From the sequence record NC_010821.1: 64,000 bases of DNA; one strand, 5' to 3'. The position numbers were made by a program, and so were the translations under genes. The notes below the pieces were generated by a model. It was not told the DNA's origin and did not search any database. It was given only the letters and a program-made list of their open reading frames with translations. Within the stretch, counting starts at the first letter, position 1, and each line of letters begins with the position of its first letter. Below, piece after piece: positions 19,072-27,923 of this stretch.

Positions 19072-19923
19072 ATGAAACTCGAAATTCAAGATGCTATTTC
19101 GTCACTGGTGTCACCAGAACAGCTGGCTGTGACGCTAGATGTCGTTGACACTTTACTAGAGCAGGATTATGTACTTGCTCTCGATGAGTTAAATACAGTG
19201 TTGATGATTGCTGATGACTATGCCGACTCAGCGATGCTGGTTGGTCGCATTAATGACATTCTCACGTATGCTCTGAACTATATTCTCAATGATCGAGGTG
19301 TTGTGGTTAGTGACGATGCGAGTCTTGGTATTCGACTGGCTGTTGTAAACACGTTACTATATATTCCACGATACATCATTCCTGATGACCTTGCTCACAT
19401 ATTCCAACAGAACTACGATGACGTTGAAACGATGTCACAATTAGTAGCCTTCTTCAGTACGTACCCAGTGGACGAATTGATGGAACATATCGAATCAGCT
19501 AGTGATGACGCATTGGCGTTTATTCGTAAGTCTATTGATGAACGTATTCAAGTAATGGGTGAATACTCCGGTGGTCGTATTCCAGTTGAGCGAATCAAGG
19601 TGATTAATAAGCTACTTCAAACCAACGGTCGTGAACGCTTTAGCATGATGCTTGAACTGGCTAATGCTGGTATCAGAGTTGGCCGCAGTTACGATGAACT
19701 TATCAATATTTCTTTTGAAGGTCTTGAATCACGTAACCCTTCTGAAGCTGCAAGTCAAATGGTGGGTCTAGCATTCTTCAGTGATCTACCATTGCAAAGC
19801 ATTTGGAGTAAATTAGATACCAGTTTGGACGAGTACACTGATAACCCGATGGAACGTAAACTAATGCTTGACGAGTTTACTGACATCAAACGTAAGTTGG
19901 GTGATGTTAATGAAAATACGTGA
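19072..19923 (+). CDS. Virion protein (phiKZ gp79-like)
   Basis: 283 aa directly before the vRNAP subunit; TATG at 19041-19044 upstream. Confidence 0.7.
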   Translation: MKLEIQDAISSLVSPEQLAVTLDVVDTLLEQDYVLALDELNTVLMIADDYADSAMLVGRINDILTYALNYILNDRGVVVSDDASLGIRLAVVNTLLYIPRYIIPDDLAHIFQQNYDDVETMSQLVAFFSTYPVDELMEHIESASDDALAFIRKSIDERIQVMGEYSGGRIPVERIKVINKLLQTNGRERFSMMLELANAGIRVGRSYDELINISFEGLESRNPSEAASQMVGLAFFSDLPLQSIWSKLDTSLDEYTDNPMERKLMLDEFTDIKRKLGDVNENT

Positions 19924-21247
19924 TTACTTTCTCATGGCCTTAAAAGATGGCATGGGGCGTAAACGAATCTGGATGAACTCTTTGGTTAGTGTCATTTACA
20001 ATAATGATGCTACGGCTGATTACAACTACAAAATTCACTATGAAGGCGACAAGGCTTATTTCTTTAAGCCAGGTACGGATACGCCAATTTATCTAGAAGG
20101 GTTTGTACCAGGTGAACCCTTCATCACTTTCCGCGATGAGTTCATCTTGCAACCTGGTGAGTTGGTTAACTATCCTGAAGGTGTGCCTCTCAGAACGTGC
20201 TACGGTAATGTGTTCTTCAATCAACTATGTTTGGTTGAACCTTTTGGGTCATTGATTCCTTTTGCAACCGGTACGATTGTACCCTCTAAGTTTGAAGACT
20301 TTATCCTCGAACGAATGATCGACGATCGTGAAGACGGCAACGTTACAGAAATGGCTCCAGACGGTAAGCTGTACGTTTGGCAATACCTCATGTTCTGTGA
20401 CCATTGTTTGGCTATTCCAGGTTACGCAGATGGTTTGGTTACATCAACCACCCGTAAGTCATTGCTTTCTAGTCCTGAGTGGCCAGCTATTCGATCAACA
20501 TGGATTGAAAAGAACAAGCATCGTCTGAACGACCCTGCTGCGGTTGCAGAGCTTTCGGTTATTGCCGCACAGGTTGATGCTGAGTGGCTTAAAGATGACC
20601 CGGCTTGGACCTTCTATAGCGCTAAGAAGAAGCTTGAAGGTGCACGTCGTAAAGTACACTACATGTTTGGTGGTGAATCTCCTTTCTCCGATGGTACGAC
20701 TGTTGAGTTTATCTCGAAGTCCCTCGAAGAAGGTATTGATACCGATCACATGCCTGTAATGAACAACTCGTTGCGTTTTGGTTCTTATAACCGTGGTTCT
20801 CAGACAGCACTTGGTGGTGAGTCGACTAAAACGATTTACCGGATGATGGGTACTTCCCGTATTATCGAGCAGGACTGTGAAACTTGGTTGGGTGTACCTA
20901 CACTTGTTACCAAACTCAACGCTAAAGGTCTGGTCGGTTACAGTTACGTTGTTGATGGTAAATCAATTGAGATCACTAAAGAAAACATTGATGGTCTAAT
21001 TGGCTCGGTTATTGCAATTCGTGGTCCTATGGTTTGCAAAGCAGGTCGAGATCGTGCGCGCGGTACGATTGGTAAAGGTAAGAACATCTGTGCGGTATGT
21101 GCGGGTAAAGACCTTGCTGAAAACCCTTACGGTATCCCTGCGGCAGTAGCTGGGGTTGGTGGTCGCTTCCTGATGGTGTTTATGTCTAAGATGCACAGTT
21201 CCACTCTGCGCACTGTGGAATGGGATATGGATGCACGGTTGACCTAA
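19910..21247 (+). CDS. Virion RNA polymerase beta' subunit, C-terminal part (phiKZ gp80-like)
   Basis: SLRFGSYNRGSQTALGG, CET, IRGPMVCK…ICAVCAG Zn site, AVAGVGGRFLMVFMSKMH; ATG 19910 overlaps the upstream stop. Confidence 0.88.
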   Translation: MKIRDYFLMALKDGMGRKRIWMNSLVSVIYNNDATADYNYKIHYEGDKAYFFKPGTDTPIYLEGFVPGEPFITFRDEFILQPGELVNYPEGVPLRTCYGNVFFNQLCLVEPFGSLIPFATGTIVPSKFEDFILERMIDDREDGNVTEMAPDGKLYVWQYLMFCDHCLAIPGYADGLVTSTTRKSLLSSPEWPAIRSTWIEKNKHRLNDPAAVAELSVIAAQVDAEWLKDDPAWTFYSAKKKLEGARRKVHYMFGGESPFSDGTTVEFISKSLEEGIDTDHMPVMNNSLRFGSYNRGSQTALGGESTKTIYRMMGTSRIIEQDCETWLGVPTLVTKLNAKGLVGYSYVVDGKSIEITKENIDGLIGSVIAIRGPMVCKAGRDRARGTIGKGKNICAVCAGKDLAENPYGIPAAVAGVGGRFLMVFMSKMHSSTLRTVEWDMDARLT

Positions 21248-21310
21248 CCTATTTTATACATGGGGTATGGTAACGTACCCCTAACACATTTTTAAACAAA
21301 GGTAAATAAC

Positions 21311-22714
21311 ATGGCTAAAAACAAAGGCTTTGCAGCACTGGCTGCTTTGCAGACTAAATCTGTTCAAACTGAAACCGTGGAAGAAGTTAAAGAACCAACT
21401 AACGTCACTAACGAAGATGGTACCGTTGTAGTTGAAGTACCTGAAGAAACTACCCAGCCTACTTGGGATACAATCGATCAGGTTCCTGCTCTGTTTGAAT
21501 CGGCTGAAGATGAACAGGCTGATCAAGATGCTGAATCGGTAAGTCTACGTGGCTTGACCCCTGACATCATCCAAATGGATGAAGCTACCTATGCTCGTGG
21601 TCAAAATCCAATGGTTACACCTGTTGATGAAGTTCCTTACATTCAAACTGAATCCTTTGCCTCTGTATCTACTGAAACGAACATCGCTACCCAGCTTAAA
21701 GAAGCTATCGCTCCTGCTCAACCTATCTTCGACGCTCCAGTTGAAGAACCAGTTAAGCCAGCCTACATTCTGCGGACCATTGACCAATGGACTGACGCTG
21801 AACTCGAAGCTTACATCGCTGGCACTTGTGAAGAAGAAACTTATGTTGCTCAACTGAAGCAAGCCGTGACCGAACACCGTAAACGCTACAGTACTCTGGC
21901 CAAGGCTTGGACTGTTGAAGAGTGCCGTGAGTTCCTGCTCAACGGTACTGTTCCAGCTAAGACTACCAAAGGTACTTGGGTTAAAGACGTAACCCGTCAA
22001 TACCGTCGTGAACATGAATGGGAAACCAACGAACTCGAAAGCTGGGCGCTTGGTGAGATCGCTGCCGGTGGTGTAACTACTGATGGTGGTCTGGCTATTG
22101 AACTGAAATCGCGTTTGAACCTGAGTGTTCCAAGCGTTGACGTTAATGCAGTTATTACTAACTATCGTCACGCTACTGCACAAGTAACAGAAGCCCGTAA
22201 AGAAGTACGGCCTGATCCCGCTACCCCAACTGTATCCGAAGCTCAGATTGCCGAAGTTACCAAAACTATCCAACTCGAAGGACTTACACTCGTGAACCAA
22301 TCGTACATTGAATCTTCCCTTGCTCAATTTGAAGCTGTAATGAAAGTAGGTCGTGCTGTTTCTGAAACCCAAGGTGGTGATGCACAGAAACTTCTGCGTG
22401 ATGTGATGGTATACGCGATCCAACTACCTGATCCAGTTGGCTCCCGTAATGCAATGCAATACCTGCTGGATTACTTCCGTGCTCGCCGTGGTATCGGTCA
22501 ACTGTTTGAAGATACCTATGCCTTCCGTAATATCCCTGACATGCGTACCCCTAAGAAAGACCAAGTGGCTCACCACGATCTGCTGACCCTGTTCTTGGTA
22601 TACGCTGACCCAATGGTTGAACTGCGTGGTCAAACCGACATCCCTAGTCTGATCGGTAACATCAATCCACAGTTCCAATCCCGTGTACTTGAGTTCTTCG
22701 CTCGTCAGAAGTAA
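21311..22714 (+). CDS. phiKZ gp81-like protein with acidic disordered N-terminus and three W-x3-E-x6/7-G repeats
   Basis: 467 aa; repeats with Trp codons at 21788, 21908 and 22019. Confidence 0.75.
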   Translation: MAKNKGFAALAALQTKSVQTETVEEVKEPTNVTNEDGTVVVEVPEETTQPTWDTIDQVPALFESAEDEQADQDAESVSLRGLTPDIIQMDEATYARGQNPMVTPVDEVPYIQTESFASVSTETNIATQLKEAIAPAQPIFDAPVEEPVKPAYILRTIDQWTDAELEAYIAGTCEEETYVAQLKQAVTEHRKRYSTLAKAWTVEECREFLLNGTVPAKTTKGTWVKDVTRQYRREHEWETNELESWALGEIAAGGVTTDGGLAIELKSRLNLSVPSVDVNAVITNYRHATAQVTEARKEVRPDPATPTVSEAQIAEVTKTIQLEGLTLVNQSYIESSLAQFEAVMKVGRAVSETQGGDAQKLLRDVMVYAIQLPDPVGSRNAMQYLLDYFRARRGIGQLFEDTYAFRNIPDMRTPKKDQVAHHDLLTLFLVYADPMVELRGQTDIPSLIGNINPQFQSRVLEFFARQK

Positions 22715-22721
22715 GATACGA

Positions 22722-22754
22722 CATATTGCCCAGCCTCAACGGCTGGGCTTTATG
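22722..22754. terminator. Bidirectional terminator, CATA…TATG family
   Basis: CATA-TT-GCCCAGCC-tcaac-GGCTGGGC-TT-TATG between convergent genes. Confidence 0.75.
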
Positions 22755-22757
22755 CTG

Positions 22758-23165
22758 TTATTTATTATGAATGTCCAAGTGCTCACGCCAATAATCAGCT
22801 TCTTCTGCAACGTACTCGGCTTCACTTGGGGTAAGTTCAAGTGTACCACTAGCAACTGCCATCTGAGCGTAGTAACACATTTTAGCAACGGATAGACTTA
22901 CATCGAGCATATTGGATTCAGTCATATCCAAGCGAATTGGCAATAGTTCAAAATCAACGCCACCTTGTTCTTTAATATCGTCACATGCTTCCAGTACTTG
23001 CGCACGAGCGTACAGATCAATGAACTCTTGACGAATGTAGTCTACATTACGTTGACCACGATGATTACTGAACAAACCTTGTTGTTGACCTTTCAAGACT
23101 TCTTTTGTAAGTTCAACTGATTCCTCAGCAATCTTGCTAAGGACATATTGCGAGAAAGACATCAT
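22758..23165 (-). CDS. MazG-like all-alpha nucleoside triphosphate pyrophosphohydrolase
   Basis: KIAEESVEL…K…G…N…IRQEFIDL gives the ExxE…ExxD metal motif. Confidence 0.6.
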   Translation of the reverse strand: MMSFSQYVLSKIAEESVELTKEVLKGQQQGLFSNHRGQRNVDYIRQEFIDLYARAQVLEACDDIKEQGGVDFELLPIRLDMTESNMLDVSLSVAKMCYYAQMAVASGTLELTPSEAEYVAEEADYWREHLDIHNK

Positions 23166-23458
23166 TATTCAATACCTTTATAGGCACACCATTCATAGGT
23201 GGTGAATACTGCTTTTAGCAAATCATCTTTAGACACGCTATTGATGAAATTGAGATGCAGTGTAGTGTTAGTGTGTCCAGGTGTAACAAAAGTAACCTTC
23301 TGATCGAACACATCGTGTTTAGCAATTAAACCATTACACCACTGACTACGATACTCGCAAATAAATACGTCATATGTACGACCTTCGAAGTCAGATGTAC
23401 CTGTTGCAACGTGTGACCTGATTAGAGTCATTTCATTTTGACAGCATGGACATTCCAT
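23165..23458 (-). CDS. Small Zn-finger-like protein
   Basis: MECPCC…CEYRSQWC; 1-nt overlaps with both neighbours. Confidence 0.65.
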   Translation of the reverse strand: MECPCCQNEMTLIRSHVATGTSDFEGRTYDVFICEYRSQWCNGLIAKHDVFDQKVTFVTPGHTNTTLHLNFINSVSKDDLLKAVFTTYEWCAYKGIE

Positions 23459-23826
23459 TAGTAACCCTCATTCAACAATTCTGCCAAAGCCCGTGCTTGG
23501 CTAATATTAGTAGATGCAAACATGTCGCTTAAGCAATGGTCACGCAGAGCGGACACTGTAGCTAGCTCTCGCATGAGTTCAGGGTTAGCCTTAGCCCATG
23601 TTGCCCAAAGTTCTTTATAAGCGGCATACGTCGGATTAAAGCCTTCCAGGGGTGGTTTCCCTTTGGCGTCTCTCCAGTTGTTCGTATGAATCCGATAACC
23701 TTTACAATCTAACTGCCATGCTTCCTCAATAGTTCGCCCATCTGGTAGTTGTGCAAACAGTGCGCTAAAACGAGTGTCACCTTTCGATGAGCACTCGTAA
23801 CCATCATAGCGTTTCCACGTATACAC
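23458..23826 (-). CDS. Hypothetical protein, NADAR-like fold suspected
   Basis: RFSALF…DGRTIEEAWQ…KG, ANPELMRELA, LSD…TN…RALAELL parallels the NADAR pattern. Confidence 0.5.
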   Translation of the reverse strand: MYTWKRYDGYECSSKGDTRFSALFAQLPDGRTIEEAWQLDCKGYRIHTNNWRDAKGKPPLEGFNPTYAAYKELWATWAKANPELMRELATVSALRDHCLSDMFASTNISQARALAELLNEGY

Positions 23827-23837
23827 AATACTTGGGC

Positions 23838-25967
23838 TTACAACTTTGGGGATTCTACCTCAACTACTTCACCTTTAGACTTGAGATAAGCTTCCAACAG
23901 TTTATCCAACCGTGGGGCCTTGAGAACCTTCTGAGCGATCTCAATCGCGTTAGTGCGGCAACCGGTCAAGTTAACACCCAGCTCTCGTTTGGTGTGATCA
24001 GACACGCCTTGCAGAGCAGCTGTTTCCATGATCGTAGTTTCACGAGCAATGTTCAGGATCTGACTTACGTTTGGATAAGTCGAAACGATGTCCAAGTCCG
24101 CTACGTGAGCAAAGATCAAACTACGGTAGTTAGGGAAATCCTTAACGCACTTCAAGCCATTAGGACCAGCCATGTAGGAAGGGAGTGTTACAATCCATCC
24201 GTCATGACCTACCACGTATTGGTCGAGTGGGTGTAGCATCTGGTCCGAACTAGAACCGATCACACATGGTTCTTCACGGTTGAGATACCAGAAGTGCATG
24301 TCGTCACACAAACGCTTAGGGTTCGAGTTAAAGTTCTTATAGTCAGAAGACTTCGAGAACAATGTAATCGAACTGGCCAAGTCATTGATCTTCTCATCGA
24401 GTTGCTCTAGTCGAATGCTGTCGATGATGTTGTAAAGACCGTAACGCACTTTATGTTTAACCTGCATCTCACGGTGCCATTCGATCCCGAACAGATGATC
24501 AGTTTCTGCAAACTTCAACTTGCCGAAGTTCAGCTTAAACGATACTTTAAAGCCAGGTTGAACGTTAACACCCCAGATAAGTTGATCAACGTCGTCCCAA
24601 TGACATTCACGGATCTCTGTGATGTTATCACCTTCACTCAGGTCATAGATGGCCGAAGCATCATCGTCATCATCGAAATCCGGGATTACGTCTTCACCTT
24701 CCTCGTCCTCTTCAAGATCGTCTTCTTCCTCTTCGTCTTCTTCAACGCCAGAGTAGTCGACTTCAGTCTTGTAGGTGATGGTGTCATTGGCTGGGTTAGA
24801 CACAGCCCAATAAGGGTAACTACCTGAACGGTCTGCCATGGCCTTATTAGCCATCTTAATGAAAGCATTCAGGTCTTCTTCAGTCTTGATTTCAGCTTCT
24901 TCATCAACGCTCAGTTCTTTCTTAAGGATTGCGTCCAGTGCATAACTGGATTCTTTACCTTTAGCCAGACGAGTAACTCGATAAGTAGCCATGCTGTCAA
25001 TACACTGGAAGCTAGCTGGAGCTGTAACCCAATGCCATTGGTCTTCTGGACCCTTAGACTTGGTAACACCCGACGCAGTAACCTGCATCGCTTGGTCTTC
25101 TTTGTAATAGAACTTCTTGTATTCACGTGGAATACTCGGATCACTAAACACGTCAGCTGGATTAATCCCAGCATCTTCCAACGTCTTCAAGATCCGCTTC
25201 ATGTCGAAGTTGATGTTCCAGAAAGCAAAGAAGTCAGGCTTCCACATATGCAGTCGACGCATACACTGAATCACTACATCCGCCGAGGTCTCTACGACTT
25301 CAATATGAATGTTCAGATTACGAGCTTTCTTCAAAGTAACCAGTTCTGGAATACGTTCCAGTTCTTCAAGGGTTTCTTTAACTGGATCTTTAAGGTCTTT
25401 AACCCAATGCTTGAGATACGCAAGGTATACGTTCTCTTTGTGTGTAACGGACATACAGATGATCTGACCATCGTGCTCTGCTTCATACACGTTAGTCTCG
25501 ATGTCGCCACCAGCTACTGTGTTACGTGAGATCAGATCAGGGTTAGCCGTACGGTAATCGTTCTTCAAGCAGCATACGCTAGATACGTCACTGCCATACA
25601 GATAAGGACTACGTGAGAGTTGACGTAGTCTAGGGTTAGGACCCATTGAGTAATCTTTAAGTGCCTTAGCTACGGCAAATGGCATCTTAGACTGAGTTGT
25701 CTTAAACTTACGTAATTGACTAACGGGCATGTAGTCCCGTTTCTCTTTGTACGTACGAAGGTTCTCATCTTTGTAAGCCATTGGGTCTACGTAGAATGAC
25801 CGTTCGTAGTTAGGGATGATCTTAATACGTGGAATACGTCGCTTGTCCTTTAGATGGACAACCTCCTTAACTACGTGGATGTCATTACGTCCACCTTGTT
25901 CGGTTACATAGGTGATATGTTTGGCTTCAATGCCTAACACATCTTCTTTGCTAAACTCTTCGTTCAT
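23838..25967 (-). CDS. Split family-B DNA polymerase subunit: 3'-5' exonuclease plus motif A (phiKZ gp82-like)
   Basis: ExoI GDIET, ExoII WNINFD, ExoIII YNIID, PolB motif A DLDIVSTYP; motifs B and C absent, as expected for the split enzyme. Confidence 0.88.
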   Translation of the reverse strand: MNEEFSKEDVLGIEAKHITYVTEQGGRNDIHVVKEVVHLKDKRRIPRIKIIPNYERSFYVDPMAYKDENLRTYKEKRDYMPVSQLRKFKTTQSKMPFAVAKALKDYSMGPNPRLRQLSRSPYLYGSDVSSVCCLKNDYRTANPDLISRNTVAGGDIETNVYEAEHDGQIICMSVTHKENVYLAYLKHWVKDLKDPVKETLEELERIPELVTLKKARNLNIHIEVVETSADVVIQCMRRLHMWKPDFFAFWNINFDMKRILKTLEDAGINPADVFSDPSIPREYKKFYYKEDQAMQVTASGVTKSKGPEDQWHWVTAPASFQCIDSMATYRVTRLAKGKESSYALDAILKKELSVDEEAEIKTEEDLNAFIKMANKAMADRSGSYPYWAVSNPANDTITYKTEVDYSGVEEDEEEEDDLEEDEEGEDVIPDFDDDDDASAIYDLSEGDNITEIRECHWDDVDQLIWGVNVQPGFKVSFKLNFGKLKFAETDHLFGIEWHREMQVKHKVRYGLYNIIDSIRLEQLDEKINDLASSITLFSKSSDYKNFNSNPKRLCDDMHFWYLNREEPCVIGSSSDQMLHPLDQYVVGHDGWIVTLPSYMAGPNGLKCVKDFPNYRSLIFAHVADLDIVSTYPNVSQILNIARETTIMETAALQGVSDHTKRELGVNLTGCRTNAIEIAQKVLKAPRLDKLLEAYLKSKGEVVEVESPKL

Positions 25968-25968
25968 C

Positions 25969-26152
25969 GTAGTGCCTCAACATGAATAACTGTACTCTAT
26001 TAGGAGTGCTAGTATTGTTAACCAGTGGGTTAACGAATAAAGCAATAAGGATGTTATTAGCTTCGCTAATAGTTAATTAAGAAATAAAGGCCTTCGGCCC
26101 ATCCTATGCTCTTAGAGTAGTCTACATTAGATCAGCACTACCAGTATTTCTT
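25969..26152 (-). promoter_or_regulatory. Structured intergenic region / candidate 5' leader of the DNA polymerase gene
   Basis: Nested stems 26017-26034, 26055-26071, 26089-26099, 26048-53/26100-05 and 25993-99/26113-19. Confidence 0.4.
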
Positions 26153-26191
26153 AACACAATCTTTATGATTCCAATTAATTAGGTTACCAAC

Positions 26192-27469
26192 ATGCTAAAC
26201 AATACTATTTCAACAGAGGTGTTAGTCATAGGCGCTAAAACACCACTGGTAGACATTTGTCGTAATTACGTTAAGAAGATGCGTGCAGCATGGCCAGACT
26301 ACCCTAATAATGATAACCGTTTTAGTTACAGTAATAAACCATGGATTAATGCCACTGCTGAATTCGTAGATCTCATTCGTAAGAAGGTAGGACCTAGGAT
26401 CAGTATTGATGTATACAGCGGTAATGATTTCTTTAACATGGGTGTAACATCACAGATCTGGTTTATTGGTCATTCAGGTTCAAGGTGGTACGCTAAAGAT
26501 AACTATCGAATTACGGCTGGTAATGAAGCCTCGATCAAAGAGACATTAACAGTCGACCTACAGAACGTAACTGTTAAAGGTGAGTTAGTTGATAACCTGA
26601 CGTTTAGACTTTACTACACTGAAACAGTGATGTTTAACACTCAGATGTTCACTGTAGACGAAGTCGTTGCTGTAATGATCCATGAGTTCGGCCATATCTT
26701 CGATACATTCATGACTCTAGGCGACTACGTCTGGTTGAACTACTATCTCACTGATGGTATCGAGATCCTGTTAGGTAAGAAAAAGAACGTACTCAACATT
26801 GATATCCTTTCTGAGAAATCAGTAATGGCGATGGTCGATAGCGATAAAGATGCTGAAGCCTTCATGAATGAGCGTAATGAGGATACAGCAAAGCGCGTTG
26901 TACTAAGCCTACTCAAAAAGGCACCTAGACACCACCTGACTCAGAATGATCTTATTGCTAACCGTCGTGAAGAACAGCTCGCTGATCTTTTCTGTAGTCG
27001 TCTTGGAATGGGTAGACAGTTCGCTCAGTTTGAATTCAAAATGGCGAAGTACTTTAATGACCCAATTCTCAGTCGCACTAACTGGTTCGTCGAAACCGCT
27101 AAAGCTGTATTTGCTGTAGCGACACTACCATTAACTGTTTTATGGGTAATCGGACATGATCCTTTAAACGGTGGGTGGACTGGTCGCTATGATGACTCTA
27201 TCCAAAGATTAACAAAATTCCGTCGAGACTTGATTGCACAACTTAAGAGTCCCGGACCCCTTGATCGAGAAAGCATTGTTGAAGACATTGCCGTAATCGA
27301 TGACATTTTAAAAGAGTATAGCACTAACGTAAGTTTCTACGATAGTCTTATTACTTTCTTCCGTCCTAGTATTCGCAAGCAACAGCAAAATACTAAGATG
27401 GAAAATGATTTAGAATCCCTATTCCACAATGACCTGTTCTTACAGGCTTTTAAACTCAGTAAAATATAA
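26192..27469 (+). CDS. Virion protein (phiKZ gp84-like) with zincin metallopeptidase motif
   Basis: VMIHEFGHIFD (HExxH) plus downstream REEQLADLF. Confidence 0.75.
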   Translation: MLNNTISTEVLVIGAKTPLVDICRNYVKKMRAAWPDYPNNDNRFSYSNKPWINATAEFVDLIRKKVGPRISIDVYSGNDFFNMGVTSQIWFIGHSGSRWYAKDNYRITAGNEASIKETLTVDLQNVTVKGELVDNLTFRLYYTETVMFNTQMFTVDEVVAVMIHEFGHIFDTFMTLGDYVWLNYYLTDGIEILLGKKKNVLNIDILSEKSVMAMVDSDKDAEAFMNERNEDTAKRVVLSLLKKAPRHHLTQNDLIANRREEQLADLFCSRLGMGRQFAQFEFKMAKYFNDPILSRTNWFVETAKAVFAVATLPLTVLWVIGHDPLNGGWTGRYDDSIQRLTKFRRDLIAQLKSPGPLDRESIVEDIAVIDDILKEYSTNVSFYDSLITFFRPSIRKQQQNTKMENDLESLFHNDLFLQAFKLSKI

Positions 27470-27480
27470 GGTGAATCCCA

Positions 27481-27918
27481 ATGCGCATTGGTTTTGAAAT
27501 TGCCCGCTTTCTGAAAGATGTCCGTGCCCAAGATGGCGCTGACCGTACTGTACGTGCTACCATGGTAGCAAACGCCTTAGGCTACTTCTATCCAGTTGAC
27601 CCTGCTCTTAGTGCTATTGATAACGCTGAAGCCCATATGTCTGCTGCCCGTAAAGTAATTAGCCAAATCAATGAAAACATTTCTCTGGACACTAAACTGT
27701 GTCTGGAATTGTTTAAACAAGTTATGTTCATTCGTCTTGAACTGATCAATGGTCCAACGGATTCTTCGATCATTGAAGCCGCGATGCGTTCGCATACCGC
27801 AAGTCTCCATCAGACCTCAGCTGAAACGGTAGCTGTAACTGCACTGGTTACCAATCTTGAATTCGCTCGTGCCCAAAACGGTATCCGTCAAGTGCTGTCG
27901 AGTGTCGTAACCGAGTAA
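27481..27918 (+). CDS. Virion protein (phiKZ gp85-like)
   Basis: 145 aa, synteny. Confidence 0.7.
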   Translation: MRIGFEIARFLKDVRAQDGADRTVRATMVANALGYFYPVDPALSAIDNAEAHMSAARKVISQINENISLDTKLCLELFKQVMFIRLELINGPTDSSIIEAAMRSHTASLHQTSAETVAVTALVTNLEFARAQNGIRQVLSSVVTE

Positions 27919-27923
27919 AGCCC

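Noticed and set aside
24525-24911. Possible intein in the polymerase subunit
   Set aside because: No C-terminal His-Asn followed by Cys/Ser/Thr, no LAGLIDADG or Hint motifs; the segment is mostly acidic low-complexity sequence
26111-26124. TTAGAGTAGTCTAC resembling a group I intron S element
   Set aside because: No matching R element (GACUA) for P7 upstream, and the region is intergenic between divergent genes
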